Of a stretch of DNA of 64,000 nt, positions 1-12,564 are shown piece by piece. The notes under the pieces are model-generated. The model was not told the origin of the DNA. It worked only from the letters and a program-made list of their open reading frames with translations, and did no database searches. The stretch comes from Octopus sinensis (taxonomy: Eukaryota): NCBI RefSeq assembly GCF_006345805.1, contig NC_043008.1:4526001-4590000 (forward strand), given 5' to 3'. Position 1 is the first letter of the stretch, and every line of letters starts with the position of its first letter. The position numbers were made by a program, and so were the translations under genes.

Positions 1-159
1 AGGACATACGGGTACAAGGGTGAAGGGATACCCTCTTCAGCATAGAAAGGACTGTACCCCTTTTGAGAAACAAAATGAACCTTGTGCCTTAAGCAGAAAC
101 TGTATGAAAAATGGAATTTGCACTTTAAAAGATAAACTATTTTTTTTAGTCTTTTATTT

Positions 160-482
160 TTTTACTTGTTTCAGTCATTTGACTGCAGCCATGCTGGAGC
201 ACCACCTTAAAGGGGTTTTAGTCAAAGAAATTGACCCCAGGACTTATTCTTTGTAAGTCTAATACTCATTCTATCAGTCTCTTTTGCTGAACTGCTAAGT
301 TTCAGGGACGCAAACACACCGACATCAGTCGTCAAGCAATGGTGGGAAGACAAAGACATATACACATAAACATACATACATATATACACATATACGATGG
401 ACTTCTTTCAGTTTCTGTCTACCAAATCCACTCACAAGGTTTTGGTCAGCCCGAGGCTAAAGTAGAAGACACTTGCCCAAGG
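160..482 (-). mobile_element. tRNA-derived SINE type A (head partly lost)
   Basis: Carries the family body ggcaagtgtcttctac...ccttgtgagtggatttggtaga...gaaactgaaagaag and tail gactgaaacaagtaaaa. Many copies occur in the window. Confidence 0.8.
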
Positions 483-530
483 TGACAGGCATTACTTACC
501 TAATACTAACAGCAGATATATATATATATA

Positions 531-799
531 ATCATCATCATCGTTTAACGTCCGTTTTCCGCGCTAGCACGGGTTGGACGGTTCGACCGGGGTCTGGAGA
601 GCCAGGGGCTGCTCCAGGCTCCAGTCTGATCTGGCAGTGTTTCTACAGCTGGATGCCCTTCCTAACGCCAACCACTCCGCGAGTGTAGTGGGTGTTTTTT
701 ACGTGCCACCTGCACAGGTGCCAGACGGGTCTGGCATCGGCCACATTCGGATGGTGCTTTTTATGTGCCACCAGCACAGAAGCCAGTCGAGGCGGGGCT

Positions 800-803
<4 letters not shown>
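531..803 (-). mobile_element. SINE type B (GGAAGGGCATCCAGC central motif, (GAT)n tail; MetaSINE-like by recollection)
   Basis: Minus strand ggcgttaggaagggcatccagctgtagaaac...ggacgttaaacgatgatgat. More than 10 copies occur in the window. Confidence 0.75.
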
Positions 804-840
<37 letters not shown>

Positions 841-843
<3 letters not shown>

Positions 844-993
844 TATATAAGGGCTTAGTAAAATAAATTACTTTGCCACATACTAAGCCCTTATATATAA
901 TGTAATATTTTGAATTCGCCTATAATGGTCCCTTTACATACTGAATACTTGGTGAAATTGATTATAATTAATTAATTTTACCCTCAATTGTTG

Positions 994-995
<2 letters not shown>
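841..995. mobile_element. Rearranged fragment related to the 604-bp pLTR family, embedded in (TA)n
   Basis: gggcttagta...ttgccacatact resembles the unit start gggtttagca...ttaccacatacc. The reverse complement of 925-985 (agggtaaaattaattaatt...atcaatttcaccaagta) resembles the unit end. There is a perfect 20-bp inverted repeat at 841-860/881-900. Confidence 0.5.
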
Positions 996-998
<3 letters not shown>

Positions 999-1036
<38 letters not shown>

Positions 1037-1041
1037 ATATG

Positions 1042-1120
<79 letters not shown>

Positions 1121-1186
1121 GTATATATATATATGTATATATATATATGTATATTATATATATATATATGTATATATATGTATATA

Positions 1187-1229
<43 letters not shown>

Positions 1230-1231
1230 AA

Positions 1232-1262
<31 letters not shown>

Positions 1263-1375
1263 ATATATATATATGTATATATGTATATATATATATATAT
1301 GTATATATGTATATATAATATATATGTATGTATATATATATATGTATGTATATATATATATATATATATATATAA
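999..1375. repeat. Compound (TA)n/(TATG)n microsatellite
   Basis: Direct reading; source of the YI-repeat pseudo-ORFs. Similar arrays lie at 18108-18375, 27660-27890 and 38390-38730. Confidence 0.97.
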
Positions 1376-2975
1376 TGATTCTTTATAAGATGTCAAGCTC
1401 CAGGCTAAAGTAATGGTACTTATGGCACCAGTTTGTCTATAAATATTACATAACTTATCTAATTTTATTTAAAAACCTATTCTATTTCATAAAAGCAATA
1501 ATGATCAATGCTGACTGCATGTTAACAAAGAAATGCAAGTATTATTTTATAAATGTTATTTAGATTTTCCTCTGAGTGATTTATTGATTTCTGTGTCTCA
1601 TCCCCCACTTTCGAACCTCTTACGTCTGCAACTTGTTCTCATATTTCTGCTGTGGATGGAGGAGGTCGAACAGTTTAATTGGACTTCTTTAACTGATGCA
1701 GACACAATGGGATAACAGAATAAATACTAAATGGTTGATATGATAAATACTGCTTGTTTATGTTTCATTTCCCCATCCCCACCCCACCACCTTCCAGAAG
1801 AGCTTTAGCAGACAACATCAATAATCTCAAACCAAACTGGTACTTGACTTGCTGGAAAAAACAGTAAAATCTTCTCTCCGATAAAAAAAAACAAAAATGC
1901 ACACCTTCTTAAACCAAAAAGGACCCTAACCAACAAGAGAGGTTCTATGTTCAAAATCAACAATCCCTTCCCTTTCAAATCAAATCATACCATTTTGAAC
2001 AAGGAAATGCACAGCCTCATAAGGGACGTTCAACACAATCTGTCAATACAGTTGCTTATATATATATATATATACATGCATGCATGCATGCATGCATACA
2101 TACATACATACATACATACATACATACATACATACATACATACATACATACATACATACATACATACATACGTAGGTAGGTAGATAGAGTGATTGATTTA
2201 GTTTCAATGTCCGGTTGTTCAATCAATGAACAACCTACTCACTGAATTAGCATGTGAAGTGGTGAAGCATTCCAAGACATGTCTACCTTAAATGTAGAAT
2301 CGGCACAGCACAATGCAACAAGGGTGGATCTTTGAATCCCTGCTTCAGTCCATCCAACATTACCACAGAAACTCCATCTATCTAATTTTAGAAAGTTTGG
2401 ATTGATCCCAAGTTGTAGAAAAAGATTCCTGCCCGAGATATCTCACAGTGAGATCAAACCTAAGCCTTCGTAGATGTGAGGCAAGCCTTTTAACTGCCCA
2501 TGCATTTGTGTGTGTGTGTGTGTCCAGTGTATCTCTCTCTTTTCTTTTTTTAAATGGCTTAAAGTAAAATTGGCTGCTGTTTCTAGGAAGTACAGCAATT
2601 CCATAGAGATTCATAAAATTATCTGTCCTCAGTCAATAGTATTAGTAGCTTTTTACCAAATTTCACATTAAAAGTAGATTCCTGAATGATCTTTGAATAA
2701 AGTTGATGTCTTCCTCTCCTTTTCGTTTTGCCACTCGCAGCCATTGTAAAAGACAGACACAGACAGGTAGAAGCATTGGTGTGTGCTTTGGAAGTTCGTT
2801 TTGGGACCACAAGTTTGCTCCTTAATACATAAAATATTACAGACATGCTTTCTTTAACCTTGGATCAATCAAAGCTGTGTGGGAGAAGTTTGTTAATAGA
2901 AACTGTGCAGAAGCCTAGGTGCATATACATGATGTACGGCAATACACACACACATGTATATCTACACATATAGAT

Positions 2976-3019
<44 letters not shown>

Positions 3020-3048
3020 TTAGATAGATAGATAGATAGATAGATAGG

Positions 3049-3090
<42 letters not shown>

Positions 3091-5307
3091 TTTAGATAGA
3101 TAGATAGATAGGCAGACAGACAGACAGACAGACAGACAGATAGATAGGTGTGTCAAATAAAAAAAATACCATATTGCGTTTAGATTTCAGTTCTGTCCTT
3201 TTGGTTGAGTTGGTCTTCCTCATTTTAGTTTACAAGGATCAGGGACAATAAAACAAGTAACAGACAAACCAGTGCATTGGAGACAATTGAATCATTAGAT
3301 TGATGCCATGGCCTGGCTATAATAATCGAATGACTGAAACCAGTGAAAGAATAAAAGAATGCTTTCATTTCTGATGAGTAAAACTTCATTTTGCAATTGA
3401 TAAAACAAAGCGGTTGATTTTGATTTAACTCTGTTAGAATCAATCTTCATTTTGTACAACTAAAATGGAAAAAGACGAGAATTATATAAACTAAACTACT
3501 AATATAAGAATCTGTAATCATATTTCTTTTCTCTGATAATTATCATTCCTCAACTTAGGTCAATTTGGCATTATATTCGAATGCAAATAGCTGTAATTAG
3601 TGCTGTTTCTTTATTATGGATAATTATTCTTAAATACACTGGAGTACATTAATAGCTGGTCTGCAATAACAATGCAGTGAACATAGAAGCAAGATTCTCA
3701 GTAAAGAGAGATAATTTTCATCCTGAGCCAATGAGGAGAACCACTAGCTGGTTGCTGTATACTAGAAATAGCAACTAAATTTTCTTCAAACCAAATTGTA
3801 TCCAGAAAACAAAAATGCACGCTAGATGATGTGGTTCTAGATGCAGATAACTAGCTAGAACTAGAAAGACTGAGAAACAGATAGACAGAGGGGCCAGACA
3901 GAGGGGCCCTTATTAGTCAGGGTTGGTCATATATCTACACTTCTATGTGCAGGCCTGAGCATGGTTTTTCTTTCCTTTGTGTGAAAGGCTAGAAGCTGTC
4001 TATTCATGAAAGACTCCCTTCTCTGTGCCATCCATGTTGTTTGAGGTTGGTTTTTCTTCAAAGCCCAAACAGCAGGACACTAGCATCATAGGTTTTGCTA
4101 TTAGAATCCAAAGATCCTGCAGAGGCAATGTGTCTGGGGCTGTTAAAGTTCTGCAAATCCATCACTTTAGATTGGTACTTCATAAATTTTAGTGACTAGA
4201 AAGATGGAAGGTGAAGTTGATCTTAGAATGATGTGAGCACAGAGAGTCAGAACCACAAGGCATTCTGTTCCACATACTAACATCTCTGCCACATTGACAC
4301 AAATCTATAGAGAGCACAGTGTGTGTGTGTGTGTGTGTGTGCATACACACACACACAGATTTCTTTATTATGAACAATGTACCTCGGTAGATTAAGATCT
4401 GAGATGCTCTTAAATATAAGAATTTTTAGGTGCAGGTGTAGCTGTGTTGTTAAGAAGCTTATTTCCCGATTATATAGTCTTTGATTGACTCTAATTGCAT
4501 GGCACCTTCGACAAGTATCACCCCCTATAGGCCTTGGCTGACCAAAGGCTTGTGAGTGGGTTTGGTTGACAGAAGCTGAAAGAAGTTCATGATATAGACA
4601 TTCGTGTGTGTGTGTGTTGTTGGCATGTTAAAATTGTAAATGAGCATCAAAATATTATTTTGCTTAGAATCAGGGGTGAGGGTCAGTGGAAATCTGCCTC
4701 AGCAAAATTTCATCTGACCCTTGTATGCAAAGGGAAGTGAAGATTGAATGATGATGATGAACTCTCTTTTGCATTTTTAGCCATTATCTACTGGTCTCAC
4801 CTGCAATGGACCAGCATCAGAATTCAGGAAATTAGTCTTATGAGTTTATAACTCAGGAAGGACCTTTGATTCTTTTTTTTTTTTCTTCCTACCAAATGGT
4901 TTAGTTAAGAAAGAAACTAGTCTTAATTCTTAAATACATCGGCTTTCTATTAGCTTTCTGTGATTAGTGAAACTTATGGAAACTATTCTTTGCTACGTCT
5001 GTGCATTTGTGATGCGGGAAAGCTGTTCAACTCGGTGGTATGAAATAAATCAAAGCCTCTGCCATGTGATACATCAAAATTCATAGATTTACTTCAGTGT
5101 CTTGGTTGTTGATTGACAAATATATTTTGTGTAACAAACAACATTTGTGGAATATTAATGTTCATTTGTTCGTAGCTGATTATTCATTCTGTCATTTTCT
5201 CAGTTTCTTGCTTCCATGCATTCATTCAGGTGACAGAAATGTTTACCTGTCTACTAATCTGTCTGTCTGTCTGTCCATCTACCTCTATCTAACTACATAT
5301 ACTCTTT

Positions 5308-5695
5308 TACTCTTTTACTTGCTTCAGTCATTTGACTGTGGCCATGCTGGAGCACTGCCTTTAGTCAAGCAAATCAACCCCAGGACTTATTCTTTGTAAG
5401 CCTAGTACTTATTCTATCGGTCTCTTTTGCCGAACCGCTAAGTTACGGGGATGTAAACACCAGCATCGGTTGTCAATCGATGTTGGGGGACAAACGCAGA
5501 CACACAAACATATACACATACATACATATACATATATATATACATAAATACATATATACGACGGGATTCTTTCAGTTTCCATCTACCAAATCTACTGAGG
5601 CTATAGTAGAAGACACTTGCCCAAGGTGCAAGGCAGTGGGATGGAACCCGGAACCATGTTGTTGGTAAGCAAGCTACTTACCACACACCCATTCC
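5308..5695 (-). mobile_element. tRNA-derived SINE type A, near full length
   Basis: Head with pol III A/B-box-like gtgtggtaag...ggttccgggttccatccc, plus the body and tail. Confidence 0.8.
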
Positions 5696-5707
5696 TTCAA
5701 TGATATA

Positions 5708-5750
<43 letters not shown>

Positions 5751-5935
5751 TAAGCAATAAGGGTTTAGCAACGAGTTGCCTTACCACATACCGAATTTAG
5801 AAATAGCAGTCAAAGGGTTATAGCTATTTCTTCTACAAAAAAGGGAGATCTCAGTAAAAACAGCATTTGGAAGGCAGACACAAACAGGTAAGAGAGAATG
5901 AATAGACTGCAATCTATCATACATTTTTTTAGTTA

Positions 5936-6048
5936 TCCACGGACGTACGTTTCGAAATCAAGTTTTAAGGAAAGCATAAGAATTAGATATTAAATATTAA
6001 ATAATAAATAATTCTATCTTACCGAAACTTCTTTTCTCTCAGCGTAGA
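5936..6048 (-). ncRNA. Type-I hammerhead ribozyme (repeat unit 1; core lacks one A, CUGAGA)
   Basis: Same as unit 2 but with a palindromic stem III loop (GAAAC-GUAC-GUC). The plus strand has ctctcagc instead of ctcttcagc, a 1-nt deletion in a TT run that could be a real mutation or a sequencing error. Confidence 0.65.
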
Positions 6049-6539
6049 ATACTATAATCATAAATGATTATATATTGAATTTTGAGATACCAGAAGGCAC
6101 CAACTCCACTCAGTATCAGAGCGAGCTAGAATCCGCAACTGGTATCACCGAATTCAATTTGTGAATGAAACGATTGTGTCAACAGCCCCTTCCCACCCGC
6201 GTGTAGCCAAAACAAGATGCTGTGGTCATCTACTGAGATAAAATATGGTTATCCGTAATAATGAAGGGTGAAATTAATTAATTTGGAAAAATTATCAATT
6301 ACACCAAGTAGTCTTCGGCATGTAAAAGCCTCATTCGAGGAAAATTTAAGTAATACTAAGCAATAAGGGTTTAGCAACGAGTTGCCTTACCACATACCGA
6401 ATTAGAAATAGCAGTCAAAGGGTTATAGCTATTTCTTCTACAAAAAAGGGAGATCTCAGTAAAAACAGCATTTGGAAGGCAGACACAACAGGTAAGAGAG
6501 AATGAATAGACTGCAATCTATCATACATTTTTTTAGTTA

Positions 6540-6652
6540 TCCACGGACATACGTTTCGAAATCAAGTTTTAAGGAAAGCATAAGAATTAGATATTAAATA
6601 TTAATAATAAATAATTCTATCTTACCGAAACTTCTTTTCTCTTCAGCGTAGA
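6540..6652 (-). ncRNA. Type-I hammerhead ribozyme (intact copy, repeat unit 2)
   Basis: The minus strand reads UCUACG-CUGAAGA-GAAAAGAAGUUU...AAACUUGAUUUC-GAAAC-GUAU-GUC-CGUGGA. Stem I is UCUACG/CGUGGA, stem II is long and AU-rich, and stem III is 2 bp plus a tetraloop. The GUC cleavage site falls between 6546 and 6545. Confidence 0.82.
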
Positions 6653-7201
6653 ATACTATAATCATAAATGATTATATATTGAATTTTGAGATACCAGAAG
6701 GCACCAACTCCACTCAGTATCAGAGCGAGCTAGAATCCGCAACTGGTATCACCGAATTCAATTGTGAATGAAACGATTGTGTCAACAGCCCCTTCCCACC
6801 CGCGTGTAGCCAAAACAAGATGCTGTGGTCATCTACTGAGATAAAATATGGTTATCCGTAATAATGAAGGGTGAAATTAATTAATTTGGAAAAATTATCA
6901 ATTACACCAAGTAGTCTTCGGCATGTAAAAGCCTCATTCGAGGAAAATTTAAGTAATACTAAGCAATAAGGGTTTAGCAACGAGTTGCCTTACCACATAC
7001 CGAATTTAGAAATAGCAGTCAAAGGGTTATAGCTATTTCTTCTACAAAAAAGGGAGATCTCAGTAAAAACAGCATTTGGAAGGCAGACACAAACAGGTAA
7101 GAGAGAATGAATTGACTGCAATCTATCATACATTTTTTTAGTTATCCACGGACGTACGTTTCGAAATCAAGTTTTAAGGAAAGCACATACATACATATAT
7201 A

Positions 7202-7643
7202 TCATCATCATCATCATCATCATTTAATGTCTGTTGCCCATGCTGCATGGATTGGACAATTTGACCAGGGCTGACATGCTGGAAGGCTGCACCAGACTCC
7301 AGTTTGATATGGCATGGTTTTCTATGGTTGGATGCCCTTCCTAATGCCAACCACTCTGAAAGTGTAATGGCTGCTTTTACGTGCCACCAGCATGGGTGCC
7401 ATTTGTGTGACACCAGTATCTGCCATGACTGTGATTTTGCTCAGCTTGATGGGTCTTCTTCTCGATCATAGCATAATGGCCAAAGGTTTCAGTCATTGCT
7501 TCCATGAGGCCCAGTGCTTGGAAGATGTTATTTACATGCCACTGACACAGGGGCTAGTTATGTGACACCAGCATCAGCCATGACTACGATTTCAGTTGGC
7601 TTGACAGGTCCTCGCAAGCACAGCATATTGCCAAAAGTCTCAG

Positions 7644-7645
<2 letters not shown>
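7202..7645 (-). mobile_element. SINE type B
   Basis: Same central motif and (CAT)n end on the plus strand. It abuts the truncated third 604-bp unit. Confidence 0.75.
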
Positions 7646-7700
<55 letters not shown>

Positions 7701-7789
7701 TATAATATGTAACCAATGAGACAAACTATAGAGAAAGACAGATGAAACGTCACTAAGCATTTTGTCCAGCATGCTAACTATTCTGCCCT

Positions 7790-8305
7790 GATTGGAAGTG
7801 TTATGTACATTGTTTTGTCTTGGTATAAAAGATAGGCTACAGCAAATATTCTGCTCAATTCCACAGATTTGCCAGTCAGTTGTTTGACTTTAACCAGTTG
7901 TGCATGTTCCTTAGTGGCTGACGATATGTGCATCTCTGATCATGAGCAGAAGTAGTGGGGGAGCATCATAGCCATGTGTTGAGAGGGATTCTTTGGGGTT
8001 AGAATGATTCACCTCTGGAAACATGGGTGTTTTGTTCAACATCCTTAAACAACCCTTATTCAGGGACCTTTTGAGCGGGTTGGATTACTTGACCAGAAGA
8101 AAATTCTAACTGGGCCCCACCTGTAAGGTCATATGCTGCTTATCGTGATATAAGATCACCATGTTGCGCACATATGGTTGTGATGCATGTGCCTAGTGTA
8201 CCCTTATCAGACGGGTAGTCATGATTGGTATACTGGGCTTTGTATATTTTACCCCTGTGTTACTTTGATGGCATGAACTGCTCTCTCACTCAATAATAAT
8301 AATAA
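7790..8305 (+). mobile_element. Probable 3' UTR of a retroelement ending in (AAT)n
   Basis: High-complexity non-coding block ending ctctctcactc(AAT)5. The family cannot be identified from sequence alone. Confidence 0.4.
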
Positions 8306-8760
8306 TCTATACTATAAAAGAGAAAGACAGCTGCTTATTGATTAGTTATGTAACAGTTACTAAAGGTACTAAAAGAAAGCAATTATTAAAGGCTTGACCG
8401 TCTGGAAATTGTTTTATAAATTCATGTTCCTAGAAATTTCCTATAATTTCAATTTCTGAACTTTATTGAATTTTCAAACTTCAATTTTTCACAAATTTAA
8501 ATATTCGTTGCATTCACTGCTGAGTATTTTGTTTACATTTGTAAAGTCTCTCACCTTCTCTTTCAATGTTTTCATTTCAAGTTTTAATTTGCTATTCGGA
8601 AAACCAATGGTTTATTCTGTTAATATATACGTAATGTAAAAACATTATTGACCAATATAATTTTTGTAAAAAAAATGAAGAAGTGATTTTGTTGTTATGG
8701 CTGTTTGTAACACTATAAGTCTTTAAATAACTATCCAGACCGATTTTGGCCATTTTTCTT
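8306..8760 (+). mobile_element. Possible Helitron-like 5' end and body
   Basis: Begins A|TCTATACTATAAAAG, a typical Helitron 5' motif. No 3' hairpin-CTRR was found. Confidence 0.25.
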
Positions 8761-10039
8761 TTTTAACTTAAAAACCATGGGAGGAGTCTTTTTGGTAAAA
8801 AAGGAAAAAAATCATAAATATTCTCAGAGAAAAAATGAACAATTTCAGGGAGGTTTGGCTGTTGTTTCTAGCACAACCCAAACCACCCTCAATCTTCACT
8901 CTCACACGGGGTCCATTGGTGGAGTATGAGCAACAAAAAGTATACTACTAAAATGACTCTTTTTTTTAATTCAGTGTGGATAAGTGCCAGCAAGGACCTT
9001 CTCAGGCTCTCCAATATTTAGGGGCAGGGAGTGGGATTGCAAAATATTCATAATTTCTCAGATTTTCTTTTTTTATAGCATATAAATGAATTTATGGGTG
9101 GGGCGGGGTATTGAAAAACATCAATACATGTAAGAGTGATAAAGAAACGAGGAGGATTGTCTTTGGATGCACTAGAAACAACAACCAAATCACCCTTAAA
9201 TCATTTGCATTTCCATCTGAAAATATCAACAATTTTGTTTCTTTTTTTTTTTACTGAAAAGGCCATGGTTTTGAAGTGCAAACAAAATTGGTCAAAGTAA
9301 CCCTGGAGTGGGATGATGGGGTGGGGTGTAAAAATAATTTTCAAAACTTTTTCTTACAAAGATACCTTCCTACAACCCCATCATTTCAAAGGCTGTGGTT
9401 TAAAATAAAATGGGGAAAATCCCCGTCAAAACAGAGTAGTTTTAACTTATTTGCTCTTCCTGATCCAAAACTCCATTTTACTGAAACTCCTCTCCCCACC
9501 TCCTCAGAAAAAAAATTTCCCCCACAAATTTCTTTATAATTGTAATCTATGCCATTTCAAAGGGAATTGCATTAACTTTCACTAATAGATACCCATTCTC
9601 CTGAAAGTTGTGAGGGAAAAAAGTCAGATCATGTGAACTTTTTGAAACTCCTCACTCCATCCCCTTGGAAAAATTCTTTCCCAAAAATCTCTAAATACCC
9701 TGAAGCCACCACATCTAAGCAGTATTTGTAGAAAAGTTTGTTAAAAAGTATCCATTTTCCTGAATGTTATGAAACAACAAAGTGAGGGACATATATATCT
9801 GTAGTAATGCCCTTTTTATTTATACGATTTTTTCATTTCATGTTTATTTCATTCATTGTTTGCAATGTTATCTCTCTCTCAAACACACACACACCCACTG
9901 CAAAGCTTACAGAAGGGCTGTTGAATTGAAATCTCTATGTTGCTTTAAGTGGAAGGTAAAACTTGACAAACTGCTTCCCCTCTCCATTGTTGGACTACCA
10001 TGATATTTGTTTTTAAAAAAAGAGATTATGACTGTGATA

Positions 10040-12445
10040 AAATAATAATAATAATAATAATAATAATAATTGTGTACAGTGCTCAGGTGCACTACAACTC
10101 ATCTAAAGTGTATATATAATCAGGTGTAGTTTCGGCGGATTTCGGAAAGCATGAGGGCCTTAAAAGATGCCGTGTCATGGCAGTCAACAACTGACGCAGG
10201 CAGTTTATTCCATGCTTCAGCAACTCTGAGCGTGAAAAAATGTTTCCGAAAGTCATGGGAGCTGTATTGTTTTCTGACTTTGTAGGCATGTCCACGTGTG
10301 TTAGACACATGGAGATCAAAAAGGTGTTCAGTGTTGTTGTTGGTGAGGTGGTTGATAACTTTGTGGGTGTTTACCAAGTCCGTCGCCAAACGCCGGAGCT
10401 TCAGTGAATCCATGCCCAGGGAAACAAGGCGCTCAGAATATGGTAGGTGTCTGATGGAGGGTATGCGTTTGGTTGCACGTCTCTGGACAGATTCCAGGAG
10501 GTCAATGTTCTGTGCAAGATAGGGGTTCCAAACTGATGATGCGAATTCCAAGTGTGGTCGTACCATAGCTGTATACAGTTTTAAATAGATGGCTGGAGAG
10601 CGGCTAACAAAAGACCTGCTGAGTGATGCCAAGACACCCTCGGCCTTCCTGACAATCTTAGAGATATGCTTTGACCAACGGAAATCACTGCTGACAGTGA
10701 TGCCTAGGTCACGCTCGCAAGAGGATTTCTTGATATCAGTGTTGTGGAGGGAGTATGTGAACGCAGGGTTTTTTCTCCCAAAATGCATGGTGGTACACTT
10801 GTCCACAGCCAGTTTCAGTTGCCAGTCTGTGATCCATTGCTGCATTGTGTCTAGGTCTGATTGCAGGAAAGAGTTGTAGACATCAGGATCTGTCCTCTTG
10901 ATTTCAAGGTACAGCTTGATGTCGTCTGCATATTTCAATACTGTGGCATTCTTTAAATTGGCATCTATGTCGTTAATGTATGCCACAAACAAGAGGGGAC
11001 CAAGGACAGATCCCTGTGGTACACCCGATGACATCTCATATGGTGTAGAGTGCTGTCCTAGAACTGTGACTACCTCCTTTCGGCTGAGAATGAAGGATTT
11101 CAACCAGTTAAAAAGGTCATCCCCCACACCCATTGCAGAGAGTTTCACCATAAGCCTTTTGTGTGGCACAGAGTTGAAAGCCTTAGCAAAGTCAAGGTAG
11201 ACAACATCCACCCATGAGCCACTGTCAGTAATCTGAGTAATGTCCTCAAGGAACTCGACAAGCTGGTCACTGCAGCTGGAGTTAGGGACAAATCCATATT
11301 GTGAGGGTCGGATGAGACGGTGAGAGCTCCAGAAGTTCCAGAGTGTTTCTCTGACACACGATTCCATCAGTTTTGCAATACAGCTAGTGAGACTGACTGG
11401 GCGATAGTTGACAGGTGATGTGCGGTCGCCCTTTTTGAACAGAGGAATGACACTGGCAGTTTTCCACTGCTCCGGAGTAGCACCATTGTTGAGACAGTAC
11501 TGGAAGAAAATAGAAAGCTGGTGTAAAAGGAAGTGCCTGCCACGTTTGAGAAGCAGGTATGTAACTCCATCGAGACCAGGGGAGGCATAGTTGCGCTTAT
11601 TTTGAAGGTGACGTCGCAGCATTGCAGGTGTAAATTCCATAGTTGTTATGGAGTTTGCTGTTAGTGATGGTGAAGATGGTACATTTTGACTTTCAACAGT
11701 GAATATGTTTGCATAGCACTCGGCAATGAGTTCTGCGCATTCCTTGGGGTCGTCAGTGATCTGGTTTGTGTGAGGGTTGTGAAGAGGGCCCACTGGAGAG
11801 TGAGGTCTCTGCTTTGAGTGCACATATTTCCAGAAAACCTTGCTGTCAGGATTGGCTGCTATGCACTGTTCAAATTCAAGCACTGCTTTTTTGTCACTTG
11901 CTTGAGATGGTTGGAGGATTTATTCCGCTTCTTCCTGTTGGTGTCTGATTTATGCAACCTGTATTCCCGTTCAGCAGTCCGACGTTCCCTCCTGGCAAGT
12001 CGGACCGCTGAAGTTTCCCAAATTGCCCTTTTGGGGCGGTTCTTCTTTTTTTGTTTACGTGGCACTGATGCTGCACATGCTGCCCATATTGAGTCCAGGA
12101 TACTCTGGAGTATAGTATTCACATCTCCAGAGTTGTAGAATTCACGCCAGTTTGGGTCCTGTAGTTCAGTGTGGTACAGGTTCCAATCTGCTCTCTTCCA
12201 ATCGAAGGAAGCAGATTGGAGATGGTTCAGGTTTTTGTTGCCCGCAAGAGCCAGATTGGCGATGATCATAGCATGATCAGAGTCACCTAGAGGTTCCTCC
12301 GTAGTGCAATTGATAACCGCTTCAGGAGTTGTGGTGAAGAGCAGGTCCAAGGTGTTGTCGCCTCTTGTTGGAGAGGTGACTACTTGTGACCAGTTTGAGT
12401 CCAGCACAAGCTCAACAAAATCGTTGATAATGAAAGCAATACTTA
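10040..12445 (-). mobile_element. 5'-truncated non-LTR retrotransposon (CR1/L2/Jockey supergroup) with 3' UTR stem-loop and (ATT)n tail
   Basis: ORF2 motifs are present. The 3' UTR has a GTGC-ACCTGA-GCAC hairpin followed by (ATT)10 on the minus strand at ~10040-10070. No TSD was seen. Confidence 0.9.
10120..12445 (-). CDS. LINE ORF2: C-terminal end of the AP endonuclease plus a complete reverse transcriptase, with one frameshift
   Basis: APE motifs PTRGDNTLDLLFT and LGDSDH. RT motifs NYRPVSLTSC, QYGF, YLDFAKAFNSVPH, GVPQGSVLGPLLF and YADD. Adding one base to the T6 run at 11887-11892 fuses the 200-aa and 587-aa ORFs (TKKAVLEFEQ). Confidence 0.88.
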
Positions 12446-12564
12446 CTAAGCAAGTGAGCACAATTATGCAAAGGAATAATTAGATGTAAAATATCACAAA
12501 AATTTATTAGAACTGGAAATCAAATGTGAAAATATTATCAAGGGTTTAGCACAAAACCAGATTG

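Larger units (their letters stand above)
5751..7185 (-). mobile_element. Head-to-tail tandem array of a ~604-bp unit (2.4 copies) carrying a hammerhead ribozyme; Penelope-like pseudo-LTR / retrozyme-type element inserted at a (TA)n tract
   Basis: Units start at 5751, 6357 and 6960, and the third is truncated at ~7185. Copies differ by two substitutions and a few 1-nt homopolymer indels. A hammerhead core is present on the minus strand. The Penelope assignment is inferred from the tandem pLTR-like layout plus a minimal hammerhead; no RT/GIY-YIG ORF is present. Confidence 0.7.

Noticed and set aside
988-1413. Many 60-140-aa ORFs rich in YI, CV, HT or poly-I/T (also near 18111, 21697, 27633, 38368, 46385, 62859)
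   Set aside because: They are translations of di- and trinucleotide microsatellites.
4316-4357. Facing (GT)n/(CA)n tracts able to form hairpins (also 16068-16121 and 24290-24405)
   Set aside because: Expected at this microsatellite density, and no unique sequence is involved.
6160-6185. Plus-strand GAAAC-GATTGT-GTC in the 604-bp unit
   Set aside because: No CUGANGA box upstream on that strand.
10298-12138. Plus-strand ORFs overlapping the LINE
   Set aside because: Antisense shadows of the RT ORF with no motifs.
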